A stretch of DNA of 64,000 nt from Blepharisma stoltei ATCC 30299 (taxonomy: Eukaryota; Protista; Ciliophora), in assembly GCA_965603825.1 (NCBI GenBank), contig CBFDEM010000006.1, positions 124,001-188,000 on the forward strand. The letters run 5' to 3'. A program made the position numbers and the translations under genes. The notes under the pieces are model-generated. The model was not told the DNA's origin and did not search any database. It saw nothing but the letters and a program-made list of their open reading frames with translations. Below are positions 47,330 to 60,122 of this stretch, piece after piece. The stretch's first letter is position 1. Each line of letters starts with the position of its first letter.

Positions 47330-49288
47330 TTATACATTACCATTGCTTTTTATTGGCCTTTTAGTTGTTCCAGGCTTCTTATTAACTTCATTGAAAAACT
47401 CTGGGACTCTATTGACCTTAAAAATTTCTTCATTTCTTGACTGCTTTTTCGCTGTTCCTGGCTTGTAAACCTGCTTTTTCTGCTTTTTTGCTGGTCTAAT
47501 TGACGGTGAAGCAGAATCAACTAGTTTATTCATTCCTTGATCAAAAGTCATAAAAGGTTTTGGACTTGCAATTGTATGAGGAATTTCTGTGTTTTGCCGA
47601 TCATTTATTATTCGGGCTGGCTTTGAATTTGCTGGAAATATAGCCAAGTTCAGAGACTTTCGCTTAGGAGCATTTTTCAAATCTTTCAAGGAAAAAGTAA
47701 ATTTTTTGTCTGATATTTCTGTATCTCTTCTTTGCTTGGCTTGATCTAGTAGCGCTTTAGGCGAACTTGCAGGCTCAAACTCTTTTATATGAGTTGTGTT
47801 GGCATCTGTTGCGTCATCCTCCTCAGCAATAATTGAAATCTTGCTCATCGATGCATTTCTGCTCAAAATCCCAATAGATTTACTTGTTTGAGTCGACAAA
47901 GCAGAAATATCTGTTGGGATTCCAATTTTATGAAAGCAAGACGCTCTCTCTTTACTATTTCCACAAAAATTAAATTCTTCAAAAAGATCATTAGGCAGAA
48001 TCTCAGAATCCTCAAAAAAATCATTTAAATCGATTGGCATTGCCATATACTCAGGATCAAAATTTGAATATCTCAAATTTGGCCTGAATGGTGGCAAAAT
48101 CTGTTTGTTTTCAAGCTTTTTCCAATTGATTTTTGAGCACCATGCATGTGCTTTGATGGCATCAGCCCCAATTTTTGATCCTATCCTCATTTCAGGATCC
48201 TTTTCAAGGAGCCTTGAAATCAAATCTCTTGCATCTGCACTAATAAAGTTGGGTAAAGCCAGCTCTTCTTGAAGTATTCTCATGTACATTTTGGACCTAT
48301 TTGAGTCATAAAAAGGAGGAAGCCCTGTAAGCATTTCAAATAATAAAGCCCCTAAACTATAAAAGTCCACCTCTTTGCCATGCCCGATACCTCTCAACAT
48401 TTCAGGGCTCATATACTCAGGTGAGCCACAAAAAGAATAGCTTCTAGACCTATTAGTAACTCCTTCTTTTGATAGTCCAAAATCTGTCAATTTTACATGC
48501 CCATCCATATCTAATAAAATATTTTCTGGTTTTAAATCTCTATATACAACATTCATATTATGCAAATACTCCAACCCAAGCAAAATTTCCGCAAAGTAAA
48601 ATTTAGCTTGCTTTTCTGTAAACCTCCCCAAATTATGCAGATGAAAAAACAACTCTCCGCCTGGGCAAAAATCCATAACAAGAAAAAGTTCTTTACCCTA
48701 TTTAGAAGTTACAGTTTGGAAAGCCCAATGCAAATTGACTATAAAAGGATGCTTGACTTTTTCCATTATGTTTCTTTCGGTTATTATTTGCATTACTTTT
48801 TCTTCGTTAATTACAAAGCTCTTATTCATAATTTTAATCGCGTAAATAATCCCTGAGTCCAGTTTTCTTGCTTCTATGACTTTTGAAAACCCTCCTTTGC
48901 CAATTGTTCTAATCGGTAGAAAATGAGCCGTCGAAATTTCTTTTAAAATCTGCTTTTCGTAGACAGGCAGAAAAGTTTCGTTGTCTTTGAAAGGTTGAAG
49001 CGGCCTTTCGAAGTCGTTTAGCCAGTGATCGAGGATATCTATATTATTTATAGTTTGAAGGCCAATTATTTGTTTATCTCCTTTGTGCAGCCGAATTACT
49101 TCAGATAGTAGCCAGCCACAAGTTAAGTGGTCGTCAAGTACTTTAATTTGAACTTGTCCAGAATCGAAAAGGATGCTGAATGTTTTGGAAGATCCAAGAG
49201 GACGAGCTCCATCTGATAGCCTATGGCTATGCTTATGCTTTGAAGCATTTTGGTGCTGCAGAGTTTGATGCGATTGAGGCTGTCCCAT
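47330..49288 (-). CDS. AGC-family Ser/Thr kinase with N-terminal extension (~647 aa)
   Basis: Intron at 48698-48712. GKGGFSKV, YRDLKPEN, DFGLSKE, SFCGSPEYMSPE; MGQPQS is a possible myristoylation motif. Confidence 0.94.
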
Positions 49289-49706
49289 ATTTTAATAATT
49301 GCTGGAGTTTTACTCATTATTCAGGGTACCATTAATGAAGTTATGACGATCTTTTTTATTGTTGCAGTTGCTGCGAATTAATTCCGAATTTAGTTAAGTT
49401 TATGTATATGGATAATGTTGATAAAATATTTAGAAGACATATTGAAGCAATGAAATTATTTCAACTTAAATAAAAGAATTTAATAATATAAGCTTAAGGA
49501 ATGATTTTAATTATTGAAAGAAATTTATTAGCAACTTATGATGAGTCTCTAAAGGATACTCATAAAATTGATTTTTGTAAAGTTATTTTAAATAAAATCG
49601 AAAAGTGGAGCTGAATGCCTATAATTACTAAATAAATTAATTAAAATTTTTTATCTCATACAAATAAATGCAATTAATATTTGGAATAATTAAATAAAAA
49701 CACGTA

Positions 49707-50513
49707 ATGGAGCACTTTGCAGTGAAGCGTATAACTCAAGAATTATCTGAATTACAAAAGCATATATCCCCAAATTTCTGTGCTGAGCCTGTAGGAACTG
49801 ATTTATTTGACTGGCATTTCACTCTGAAAGGTCCAAGCCAAACTCCATATGAAGAAGGTCTTTATCATGGAAGATTGATCCTTCCTCTGAATTATCCCCT
49901 CAAGCCTCCTAAGTTTTTAATGCTGAACAACAACGGACGCTTTGAAGTGGGCCGAGAAATATGTATGAGTAATACCAGCTATCACCCTGATGAATGGCAG
50001 CCTGCTTGGACAATTCGCACAATGCTTGAAGGCCTTGTTTCTTTCTTTCCTGAGGAATCTGAAGGCGCAATTGGTGCTTTACGTGCTTCAGATGAAGTAA
50101 GGAAAAGCTTCGCTAAAAGCTCGTGAAATTTTAAGTGTGATCAATGTGGGAGGTTAGGAGAAATCTGGAGCAGGCATAAAGAATGATTAGCGCCAATTGA
50201 AGAAGAAAAAAAAGAAGAAAATAAAGGAGAAGAAGGAAAACTTGAAGAAAATAAAGGAAATGAAGAGAAGGTTAAGATATTAAAAGAAGAAGAGGTGAAG
50301 GAGGAGAAAAAAGAAGAAAAAGTTGAGGAAAATGCTAGGGTAGAAGAAGAGAAAAAGGAAGAAGCTGCGCCTGATATGAAAGAAAAATATAAAAATATGC
50401 CTGATAAAAGCGAGGTGGCGAAGTTTTACCGAAATATGAATATTCAGATAAGAGTTCTAGATTTTTTGATTTTGAGCTTGCTGGGTTATATTTATTACTC
50501 TGTGAAATTCTAA
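49707..50513 (+). CDS. UBE2J1: ER ubiquitin-conjugating enzyme Ubc6/UBE2J-like (268 aa)
   Basis: WHFTLKGP, YHGRL, YPLKPP, NGRFEVGREICMS, YHPDEWQPAW. Two TGA(Trp), acidic linker, C-terminal TM. Confidence 0.92.
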
Positions 50514-50641
50514 CAACATTTACTTTAAAGCTCATAAATACTGAGATTAATAAAAAAGTTTCTTTAAAAGATGGAAAAAGCTGTCCACTGATTCTGGACA
50601 ATAAAAGCATTTATAGACTTTTTATTATAGATATAAAATAA

Positions 50642-52702
50642 ATGGTAGAAAGGATTAGAGGCTTATTCAAGGGCTCTCAATTTGTAGCTTCAGGATCACT
50701 GATTAAGCTTGCAGATATCCCCAACGATTTTTACGCCAAATCTACTATCTTTATGAATGCCAAGATCACAATAAAAAATTGAAAAATTCATATAAAAAAT
50801 GATGATTACGACCCAGATCAAGAACAATCTGAGTTTCTCTCATTTGAGATTGATGAAGAAATGGAAATGGCTCATTTCACAGTTTTTGACTATGATCAAA
50901 CCCAAATAGACTCTGTGAAATGAAAAAATCTGAATACTTTTATTATAGAGACAGCTTCTATAATTGGCTTTGAATTCAGCTCTCCAAATGAATGTCAAAA
51001 ATTTCTGAATTTAATTCAGGAAATGGTTAATATACAAGAAGAAGGCGTAAAGCGATTTGAAGACAGACCAAAAAATCTTAAGCCAGCTCAGAATAAGCTG
51101 AACGCCTCAACACAATTGCCACCAAGTCTTAATAAAGAAAAGACTCAAATAAAGCCTCAGCCACTGCAAAAAGAAGAGGAAGATAAGATACAAAGAGATT
51201 TTAATTTTAAGGAAAAAGTTATTTTTCAATTGCAAAATCTTTATACCCCAGACCAGATCGTTTTTTGTTCTCCTGGAAACTTATATTTAAATTTAGAAAA
51301 TACCAGAGAACAGTATGAAGAAGGGATAGGCTTTTTAGTGGTAAAACATGAAGAATTTTCATATACGCTTGATTTGGTAAGAGAATCAAAAATCATTATG
51401 AGGAATGTTATGGATAAAGACTTTGCGTATGAAATTGATGCTTATAATCATACCATTTCTTGAATTGAGCAAGCTAATAATACACAACGATATTGGACTG
51501 GATATCTGATAGAAAATATATTTCATCTGCAAACTTTGTTTCTTGTTGCTCAATTTGAAAGCTCAAGATATCTCAGTGTGGAAGTTGACTTATCTGCTGA
51601 GGATAAAGAATGGCTTAAAAAGGAAGATTCTGATCAAGAAGAGATCTCAGATGGCGATGAAATGGAAATTGAGTATCGAAATGAGCTGAGGTCTGAAGAA
51701 GTAACTGGTTGCATTCTAGACAGTGCAACTTATTATGGAAGCCCATACATGCTTACAGCAAAGGAGAATAGCATAGGAGTTTATCAGTTAGGCTACGAGT
51801 CTTTGAACTTGGTGAATGACATCCCAGTCAAATATAATCGAAAAATCGTCCAGCCAAGCCAGCTTTTATTCCATCAGCAAGGCTCAAAGCTTCTTCTGCT
51901 AAATAATAAAGACAAAAACGGAATTTTTGAAATGGATATGAATAGAAATGGTGAAATAGTGCAAAAATATTCACCAGGCAAAGGTGATATTGTATCAATA
52001 TGTTCTCATGAGAAACTATCTCAGCTTACAATTGATCCCCTGTTTTTAGCAATGGGCGAAAATTCTTTATTTACCATCGACACAAGAATGTCAGGGAAAA
52101 AGCAAGTTTGTGAAAGTAAATTATACGCAAAAAATTACCATTTTACTTGCTTATCGACTACAATTGATGGCAATATTACAGTTGGGAACAAAACAGGCGA
52201 AATTAGAATGTATAAACAAATTGGAGAAAATTCCAGAAACAATTTGCCAGGATTTGGCGAGGGAATCACAAGCATTGATGCTACAAAGGATGGGTCTTGA
52301 ATTCTCGCCACAACTGATAAGTTCCTAATTGCAACCCCCACACAAAGCAACGAAGGTGAGTCTGGATTTCTCAAAAAGCTTGGCAAAAAGAAACAAAAAC
52401 CTAGAAAACTTGTCTTAAAGCCAGAAGATATCTATAAGTATCAGCTTACAAACCATAAATTCACAGCTGCTAGATTCGATGTCGCTGAAAGGGACGAAGA
52501 GAGTGTGATCATCACATCTAGAGGCAAATTTCTTATAATATGGAATTTCAATAGTATTAAAAAAGGAAAGCTTGACAATTATAAGGTTAAAGAAATTCCA
52601 GAAGAGCCTATTAAAAATGAGTTCAAGTTCAATGAGAAAAATTCATGGACCACACATTTAAGGGCATTGCGATTTCAACGTAACAATTTTGGATTTGAGT
52701 AA
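50642..52702 (+). CDS. VID27: VID27 / CYPRO4-like protein (~686 aa)
   Basis: ATG at 50642, four TGA(Trp). NSLFTIDTR, GEIRMY, LPGFGEGITSIDATKDGSWILATT, PRKLVLKPED, ARFD. Confidence 0.88.
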
Positions 52703-52801
52703 TTATTAAATAAATAAATTATGATATTTTAAATGGAAGAATTTAGAAGAAATTTTTGGGTGCGAGTAGCTTAGGTTTTAAACCTGATATTCTTTATTAA
52801 A

Positions 52802-53533
52802 ATGGAATTATCAAACAAAATTTTAATTGCGCTTGGAAAAACAGATTTTAGAGAAAATTGCTTAAAACTTATTCAATATATTTCAAAGATACTGCACGAT
52901 AGGCTAGGATTTACAAATTATAGCGAAATTGCGCTACAGGCAAATATATTATCAATGAACATTTCAATTGCTCGCAAAGTTCTGAGATTTGGACTTCCTT
53001 TAGGAGTTATGATAATGCTTAGAAAAAGGTACAGATTGAAGAATTTTAGTAAAATAGAGTGATCAAGTGACATAATTTCTCTGATATTTTTATTCGCAGA
53101 CCATCTTCTTTACTTTCAACAAATAAAAGTTATTGGAATTCCTATTGATTCTAATTGAACGATGATTGTTGAAATTGTAAGGAATCTTGCCTGATTGCTG
53201 AAAAGCATTGTAACTATAGTAAGTGACTCTATCAAGATACATAAATTGCAGATAAAAATACATCAAGTTGTTAAGCTAGCCCATCGAAATGAAAATTCTG
53301 AGCTTATTTATAAGCAAGCTAAAGAGGATTACAAACAATTGTTAATACAAAACAATCTTTTAGTATGAAATTTTCTTAAATCAATCTTAGAAATCCCAAT
53401 CCCAATATATTATTTAGACCAAGCCAGAGGATACTCAACTCTTGTTGGTATCTTAGGCTCCTTTTCTGCCTTAATAGGAATAAACCAATCATGGAAACAA
53501 ATACATAATTTAAACACCCAACTAAGGATTTAA
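52802..53533 (+). CDS. PEX11: Peroxisomal membrane protein PEX11-like (243 aa)
   Basis: FRENCLKLIQYISK, ISIARKVLRFG, FLFADHLLY, VGILGSFSALIG. Four TGA(Trp); stop TAA at 53531-53533. Confidence 0.8.
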
Positions 53534-53546
53534 TAATAAATATATT

Positions 53547-54701
53547 ATGTGGAGAGCAACAAGCTGGAATCCTCCTTATATACACTTGCAATGTGGCTGT
53601 GGAAAAGAATGGGGCCTTGAAGACATGTTTTTTTGCTTTCCGTAATTTTTATGCAGCTGCTCTAAAGCTTTATGCCCTTATTGTGTTACTGAAGAAATAG
53701 ATTCCTTTTATTGCAGAAATTGCATGGAAAACATGCCTAATACAGAAGCCTTTGCATTTAAAAACAAGTGTGCACGATGTTTTCAATGCCCAGCTTGTTT
53801 TAGTACTCTGCAAATATTGTTGAACTCGACAAGACAGCAAAAACTTTACCATTTTGGATGCCAAAGCTGCTATTGAGACTCAATGAGCTTAGGACTCTTT
53901 GGGAATTCATTAAATGAGCTTCTTATGTCAAACCAAGATTATTTTATGAAAGATAACCCTCTGCAAGACCAGCTGAAAATATTAATTGATACCTATAAGG
54001 AAGCCTGTAGAAATCGAAGAAAAATTGGAGTTAAATATTTACAAAAAGAAACATGGACTTTTGAAGATTTAGAAAACTCAGTGCAGCCAAAGCCTCTTAT
54101 TAATCCTGTACAGAGAATTGAACACCAAAGTCCTGGCTTTGATGAATTGCTAAATGAAGATATTAATTACAATGAAATTACTTCAATGCAACAAAGGCTA
54201 TCAAACGCAGGAGCTCAGCCCAGAGAGTTAAATAAAGCCTCAGCTCAGCCTATCCCACTTTTGACCAGACGGTCAAAAAGATGCAAATATTGCAAAAAAT
54301 ACGTAGTAAAGCCTGAAACAAACCAGTCATTTTCTAACCCGTTTAAAATGGAAAATTTACTTGTATATTTTTTCCCACGAATTTATATAAGAGAAATAAA
54401 AAGCAATTCATTAATTTTGCTTTTGATAAACCCTACTGCAGCTGTTGCCTATATAAGGCTAGAAGGTGACAAAGTGCCTCCTTCTGAGCTTCATCTGGAT
54501 TCATATGATCCTGTTATGGATTTAGTCACTAGTGAAGGGTCAAGTTTAGACGAATCTTTAATCATAGAAAGAGAAAAAAATACAATTTCTATTGAAGTCG
54601 GGAAACCCTCAAACGACATCTGGATCAGTGCATTTTGGAAGTTTATGAGAGGTCAAGATGTCAAAGAATTTGAAATAAAAATACATATTAAATTAGCTTA
54701 A
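53547..54701 (+). CDS. DCTN4: Dynactin subunit p62 (DCTN4)
   Basis: Intron at 53642-53656. Zn-binding motifs CSKALCPYCVTEEIDSFYCRNCMENMP, CARCFQCPAC, CQSCYW(TGA); LLTRRSKRCKYC. Confidence 0.9.
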
Positions 54702-54709
54702 ATTTTATT

Positions 54710-55882
54710 ATGAGTCAAAATTCTTGCAAATACCACCCTACTAAGCCTTCAAAAAATTGCCGAATCTGCAAATCTATTGGGAATATTCCGGAAACTTTAA
54801 CACAAACATCGCATTTAGAATTTATTAAGCCTGAAAAGAAGCAGCATGGACCCATGCCAATGTATGGAGACCCACATACTTGGAATTTAAGCTCTTTGAT
54901 GAGGAAAAATGTATTATCAGCGCCTTATTTCAATGAGCTATTTAGTATGAAAACTCTGAATGAAGTCTTGGAACAAATAGAAATAAATATCACTTATGTG
55001 GTCCCATGAATCCCTGGCACTAATAACACCCCAAGTAGCTTTTTCTGCTGTTTAGTAAAATTATTTATGATGAAGCTGACTGAAGGTCAGCTCAGTTTTT
55101 TGATGGAAAATCAAAATCCTTATATTAGATGTGCAGGGTTCTTATATTTAAGATTCGTTGGAAATCCACAAGAACTGTGGGACAGGCTTCAGCACTATAC
55201 AGTTGATAATCAAAAATTTTCGCCTTCTCATGGGGAAGAGACCACAATAGGTGAATTTGTAGAAAAACTTCTCACAGATCAATCTTTTTATTCTTTACAA
55301 CTACCTAGGATTCCTGTTCCTTTGCAAAGAGAAATAAGCAAACGATGCTTATTATTAAAAAAGAGAAGGGAAAGGTTTCTCTTAAACTCGCAAATTGAAT
55401 TTGAGAAAAATTCACGAATATGGATCCATATGGATGATGGAACTGTTAAAGAAGGAATATTTAAGCATAAGGAAGCTAGGAAGGCTCATGTGCTTGTGAA
55501 CGAAAAAAATTTGCATGTAAATTTAGGAGATATTGAGCAAAGCTTGACGTATTCTGCTTTAAATGAGGATTTAGATGAAAAAATCAAAGAAATGGAAGCC
55601 AAATCAGCGATTGCAACTGGAAAATATGACTATATTAAAAAAAGTGCCACTTTTAGACTTACAGAGCCTATAGCACAAAAACGAGGAAGGTCTCCTTCTC
55701 CAGAGCAAGAAATCGTTGAAAAAGTTCATCACTTATCAGCAGAGCAAATTGAAAGGCTGGAAAAAATAAAGAGCAGCTATTTGTCTGAGGAAAACGAGGG
55801 GGTCGATCTAGCAACAACTTTGGCTCCACAAAAGCGTCACCATGGAGATGAAATTGGCCCTGAAATACTTAAATTAGGATAG
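54710..55882 (+). CDS. PRP38: Pre-mRNA splicing factor PRP38 (PRP38B/SRL1-like)
   Basis: NLSSLMRKNVLSAPYF, VVPW(TGA 55007), PSSFFCCLVKLF, PYIRCAGFLYLRF, LPRIPV. Confidence 0.88.
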
Positions 55883-56079
55883 CACCAAATAAAATCATAA
55901 ATCTCTGTTTTATTTAAATATCAGATAATTTCTCAAGAGATTAATAAAAAGCAACTTAATTAATGTAATAAATTTAAGCTGGGATATAGGGTAAATTATT
56001 AATTTGAAGCCAAATTTCAGCTATTATTATTTTTCTAGCCTTGCTCATTTTAATAATGAGGGAAGATATCTAGCAATAA

Positions 56080-56622
56080 ATGGAGTCTATGGCTCTATAC
56101 CGTACTTTTATGCCGAAATACACGCATTACAGTAGCGATGGTGGAGGGAGAGATAATTATATTTCTGCAAATAATGGAGGGTTCATCAGCTCATCTCCAA
56201 CACAATCATTAAGTTTTAATGGCACTGGCTTGGGGAAAAATCGACGGTTTTACAGTCCTGTGCCCAAATTGCCTGCACCTATCACAAAGTATCACTCAGA
56301 TGGCTCTGGAAGAGATATTTATATTGCACATAACAGTGGAGGCCTACAAGCTGCCTATATTCCTGGATCTTATTCAAATCTATTTGCTGGATCATTGCGA
56401 AAACATCCTAGAGTAAGAAACCTTGAGTCAGATTCTTTTATGAAAGCAACTTTTAATTATCAAAGTAAGCAATCTAGACAAAGTATGCGAAAAAATAAAA
56501 AAATTATAGATAAAGCCGTGCTAAGATTGAGCAGACAAAAAAGCATAAATCCTTCAAACTCGACTGAAAAGTTAAAATATAAAAGGCGATGCTCTGTGAG
56601 TTTCTATCAAACTATGAACTAG
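56080..56622 (+). CDS. Basic protein with two SDGxGRDxYIxxNxGG repeats
   Basis: YSSDGGGRDNYISANNGG and YHSDGSGRDIYIAHNSGG. Confidence 0.75.
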   Translation: MESMALYRTFMPKYTHYSSDGGGRDNYISANNGGFISSSPTQSLSFNGTGLGKNRRFYSPVPKLPAPITKYHSDGSGRDIYIAHNSGGLQAAYIPGSYSNLFAGSLRKHPRVRNLESDSFMKATFNYQSKQSRQSMRKNKKIIDKAVLRLSRQKSINPSNSTEKLKYKRRCSVSFYQTMN

Positions 56623-56678
56623 GTCGATTTATAATGAGATAATATTTGTGTTTTACGAAAAATCTTTATAATTCTAAA

Positions 56679-58118
56679 TTAGTTTTTTATTATTTGGCTA
56701 GCAGAAATCGGAGAAATTATTTCACCAGGACGAGTCAAAATTTCTGGCGCTGTCAGCTGTTGGTATGTTTTCTTTGAGTTCCAATCTTTTCCAAGTGGGA
56801 TTTTGTGAACTGCATCAAATTGTCTTGAAGTCTTGAAAGGAAATGGAAGCTGCTTGACTAAATATTTTGCAGCCCTTTTGTCTCTTTCTCCATCAATTAA
56901 AACTTTGTCTGTTTTATAAACTTGAGGCTTTTGCGGCTCTTCTACTTCTTTTATATCAGACCCAGTCCATCTTCCCCATCCCTTTTTGAACTTAGGCTGC
57001 TTTTCTTGTTTTGCTTCTTCATCTTTTGCCCACTCTTCTGCAGCTACCTGGTCCATTTCATCCACCCCAAAGGCTTCATCAATCAAATCTTGCTGTTCCT
57101 TGACTTTTTCAACCTTTTCAGCTTGTTTTTCAGTTTTTTTCTTTTTCTTTGGCTTTCCTTCTTCTCCATCAAACTTAAATTTTGATGTCTGGCTCTCTTC
57201 TTTCTGCAGATCCTCCAGTAAGCTTTCTTCGTTATATTTTTCTTTTTCCCTTTGCCGTTTAATAGCTTCCTGCATAAACTTCATCCCCAAAACTCCTTTT
57301 GTGTCTTTATTGTCTTCTAGCTCTAGCTTAAGTTGTTCAGCCAAGAACTCTTCATCTTCATCAGAGCTGCTTTCATAAGCCAATTTCCCTTCACTATTCA
57401 TCCTAGACGGGTTCATAATTCTTTTCCTTAACTCTTCAGTCTCGTTTAGCCCTTTACTTGCTGCGTCATGTTCTCTTTTTGAGTACTTCAATAAAGATTT
57501 TTTGTATTTATTTGCTTTGGAGTGCTTTAAAGAAATCCTCTCCTGAATTCTTAGCATTTCTTCTTGCTCTTTGGCTTCATCTTCGTCTACTTCAGCTTTT
57601 TCTTTTTCTTTGTGTTTATTTTTGATTTTGTGGTAGAGTTTGCTTTTAATCTTGGCGATCCTTTTTTGCTTGAGATATTGGTGGAACATTTGACTCCTTA
57701 ATTTAGCTCTTTGGCCTGTGATATTTGTTTCTTCTTCAGATCCAGAGTCATGGTAGGTGATCCCGAGGGCTTGGTCAATTTCTTTTTGCATGGAATTCCT
57801 TTCTCCGTTCTTTACAATTGTGTCAATGCTAGGACGTGGAAGAGGCTCATTTGTTAAGTCAAGTTGGGGTGCGTTTTTATTGGCTGTTACTGTTTCTTGC
57901 CATTTAGAGATTTCTTTGGTAGCTAAATTGTAAGCTGCTTTTCTCTCAAGTTTGTTTTGGGCTATGGAATTTAAAGGTTGCCCTCTCTAAATAAATCGTA
58001 CTGAGCCTCGATGAATGGAATCTAATCGCTTTTTTAAGGATGATTTTGATACTCCAGAAACCTGGTCTTGTTGGTCAATATCATCAATGAGATCTGCTAA
58101 ATTAACCTTTGATGCCAT
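56679..58118 (-). CDS. UTP14: U3 snoRNA-associated protein UTP14 (~474 aa)
   Basis: ATG at 58118, intron at 57987-58001. ERKAAY..KW, RIAKIKSKLYHKI, ERISLKH, GMKFMQ, GWGRWTG, LPFPF, PLGKDWN. Confidence 0.93.
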
Positions 58119-58324
58119 TTTATGTGTGTCATATGCATATTTTAATCATTTTATTAAATGCTTTCTTTAATAGGCTAAATGTATAGGAAATGAACCAAAA
58201 TGCCTATATGACTCTTAGTTTAAAGCAAATATGCAATAGATTTTTTGGAACATAAAAATTACAAGTTAATTATTTCAGTCTACTAAACTATAATGATAAA
58301 TTATTTCAAAGATTTACGATATTT

Positions 58325-59914
58325 TTAATATTGATCTCTGATACCTTTTTGGAACTTTTCATAAGCACTTTTCATGAGATCACTTAAGACTGCATTATTT
58401 GGATCAATTTCCGCTGCAATAGTAAACAAAGAGATAGAAAGTTTGATTTTGGCCTGCTCATTGGTGTTAAGGAGTGTCAATCCTTCTTCAACTAGCTCTG
58501 GCACTAAGTTTGGAAGTGAATAAGGCTTAATTCTGGCCTCCAAACTTTCAGCTTGCTCGCCTACAATGATCAGCTGCATTTGGATTTTATCATAAAGTTC
58601 GCTAAACATTTCATCTCTGCTTCTGGTTAAAGAAAAGTCCTGGGCAATTTTTTCTGAAGAGTTGAAAAGCTCTTCGTATTTTATTTTGCAATATCTGACT
58701 ACAGCAAATGCTAATACATTTCGGTTTTGCTGAGAGTAATTGTTAGCATTTTCAATAAGGATATCGAGGAGACTTGCTTGGTAGTCAAGATCAGTGGTTT
58801 TGCTGACTAAGTTTGATGCAGTTTCTTGCTTTGGAGGAGGTTTTGCAATAGAAGGAGGCCTTTCAATGACATCAGCAGGTTTTGGAGGCTCAATTTTTAC
58901 TTCTTCCACCTTTTTAGCAGGGCTTACAGCTTCAACTTTTTCTGGAATAGAGTCTTCAACTTCGCATTTTTCCAAAATTTCATAATCTTCCTCGTTGATG
59001 GTATCAATTGCTGGCTCTTTTTGCTCTTCCTTTATCTCTTCTTTTGGAGGGTCTTCCATATGTATTTCAGGGCTTGCAGCGATTTCATGAGGTTGAATCG
59101 GATGAGGGATATTGTAAATTTCTTGGAAAAATGGATGTGAACGTAACTCTTGAAAGCTTGGCCTTTCGTTGTGGTTGTAGGTAAGCATTGATCTGATAAA
59201 GTTTTTAGCATCATCTGACAGTGGTGAGTTTTCTGGGAATTTTATTTCTTCTTTTTGAAGTTTTCTTAGTTGATTCAAGGTTCTGCACAAAAATGCTGGA
59301 GCTCCAAGTAGAATTTCATAGGACAGGACTCCTAAGCTCCACACATCAGCTTTAAAGCTATAAGCATCGCTATTAAATATTTCAGGAGCCATAAACATTG
59401 GAGTGCCCAGCTGAGTAATCGCGAGAGAGTTCTCATTTAAAATCCTGGCGAAGCCGAAATCTGCCACTCTAATTTCAGCTTCATTTTCGTTTTCACTGGT
59501 CAGTAAAATGTTGGCAAGCTTCAAGTCTCTGTGCATGATTCTTTTTTCTTGTAAATAAATAAAAGCCTCGACAAGTTGACTCAACCATTTTTTGGCAAGT
59601 GGCTCAGCAACTCTTCCATGAATTTTGACATAATGCTCGAGATCTCCCCCTGCACAAAACTCCATGATGAGATAAATGTTGTTTTGGGTCTTAAGAACGT
59701 CGTAAAGCTTAATAATGCTAGGGCAATTTGACCCCTTTAGCACAGCTATCTCAGCTTCCATCTGCTTTATTAGTTTAGGATTCAGCTTCCCCAACAGAAC
59801 AGACTTGGCTGCAACTACTTGTTTTGATTCAGAATGCACCCCAATAAATACAGTTCCGTAGTTTCCTTCACCAATCTTCCTATCAAGCTGATAGCTCCCG
59901 ACCTTTTTTACCAT
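58325..59914 (-). CDS. ATG1/ULK-family Ser/Thr kinase
   Basis: IGEGNYGTV, MEFCAGGDL, HRDLKLANILL, ADFGFAR, GTPMFMAPE, KADVWSLG; helical C-terminus. Confidence 0.85.
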   Translation of the reverse strand: MVKKVGSYQLDRKIGEGNYGTVFIGVHSESKQVVAAKSVLLGKLNPKLIKQMEAEIAVLKGSNCPSIIKLYDVLKTQNNIYLIMEFCAGGDLEHYVKIHGRVAEPLAKKWLSQLVEAFIYLQEKRIMHRDLKLANILLTSENENEAEIRVADFGFARILNENSLAITQLGTPMFMAPEIFNSDAYSFKADVWSLGVLSYEILLGAPAFLCRTLNQLRKLQKEEIKFPENSPLSDDAKNFIRSMLTYNHNERPSFQELRSHPFFQEIYNIPHPIQPHEIAASPEIHMEDPPKEEIKEEQKEPAIDTINEEDYEILEKCEVEDSIPEKVEAVSPAKKVEEVKIEPPKPADVIERPPSIAKPPPKQETASNLVSKTTDLDYQASLLDILIENANNYSQQNRNVLAFAVVRYCKIKYEELFNSSEKIAQDFSLTRSRDEMFSELYDKIQMQLIIVGEQAESLEARIKPYSLPNLVPELVEEGLTLLNTNEQAKIKLSISLFTIAAEIDPNNAVLSDLMKSAYEKFQKGIRDQY

Positions 59915-60122
59915 TATAAGATGCTTCTAATCTATAAATTTGGGCACATCTATTATTTTTTAATAATTTCGCTAATTTTAATAAATAATATGATACGATA
60001 AATTTGATTTGTGAGTCTAGGAATTCAAATTTAAAATAAAAATCCCGATATTTCTAGCTTAACACTAAAATAAACTAATTTCCTCTACAGCTGTCCAAGT
60101 GAAGATTACACGAAAATAAAAA

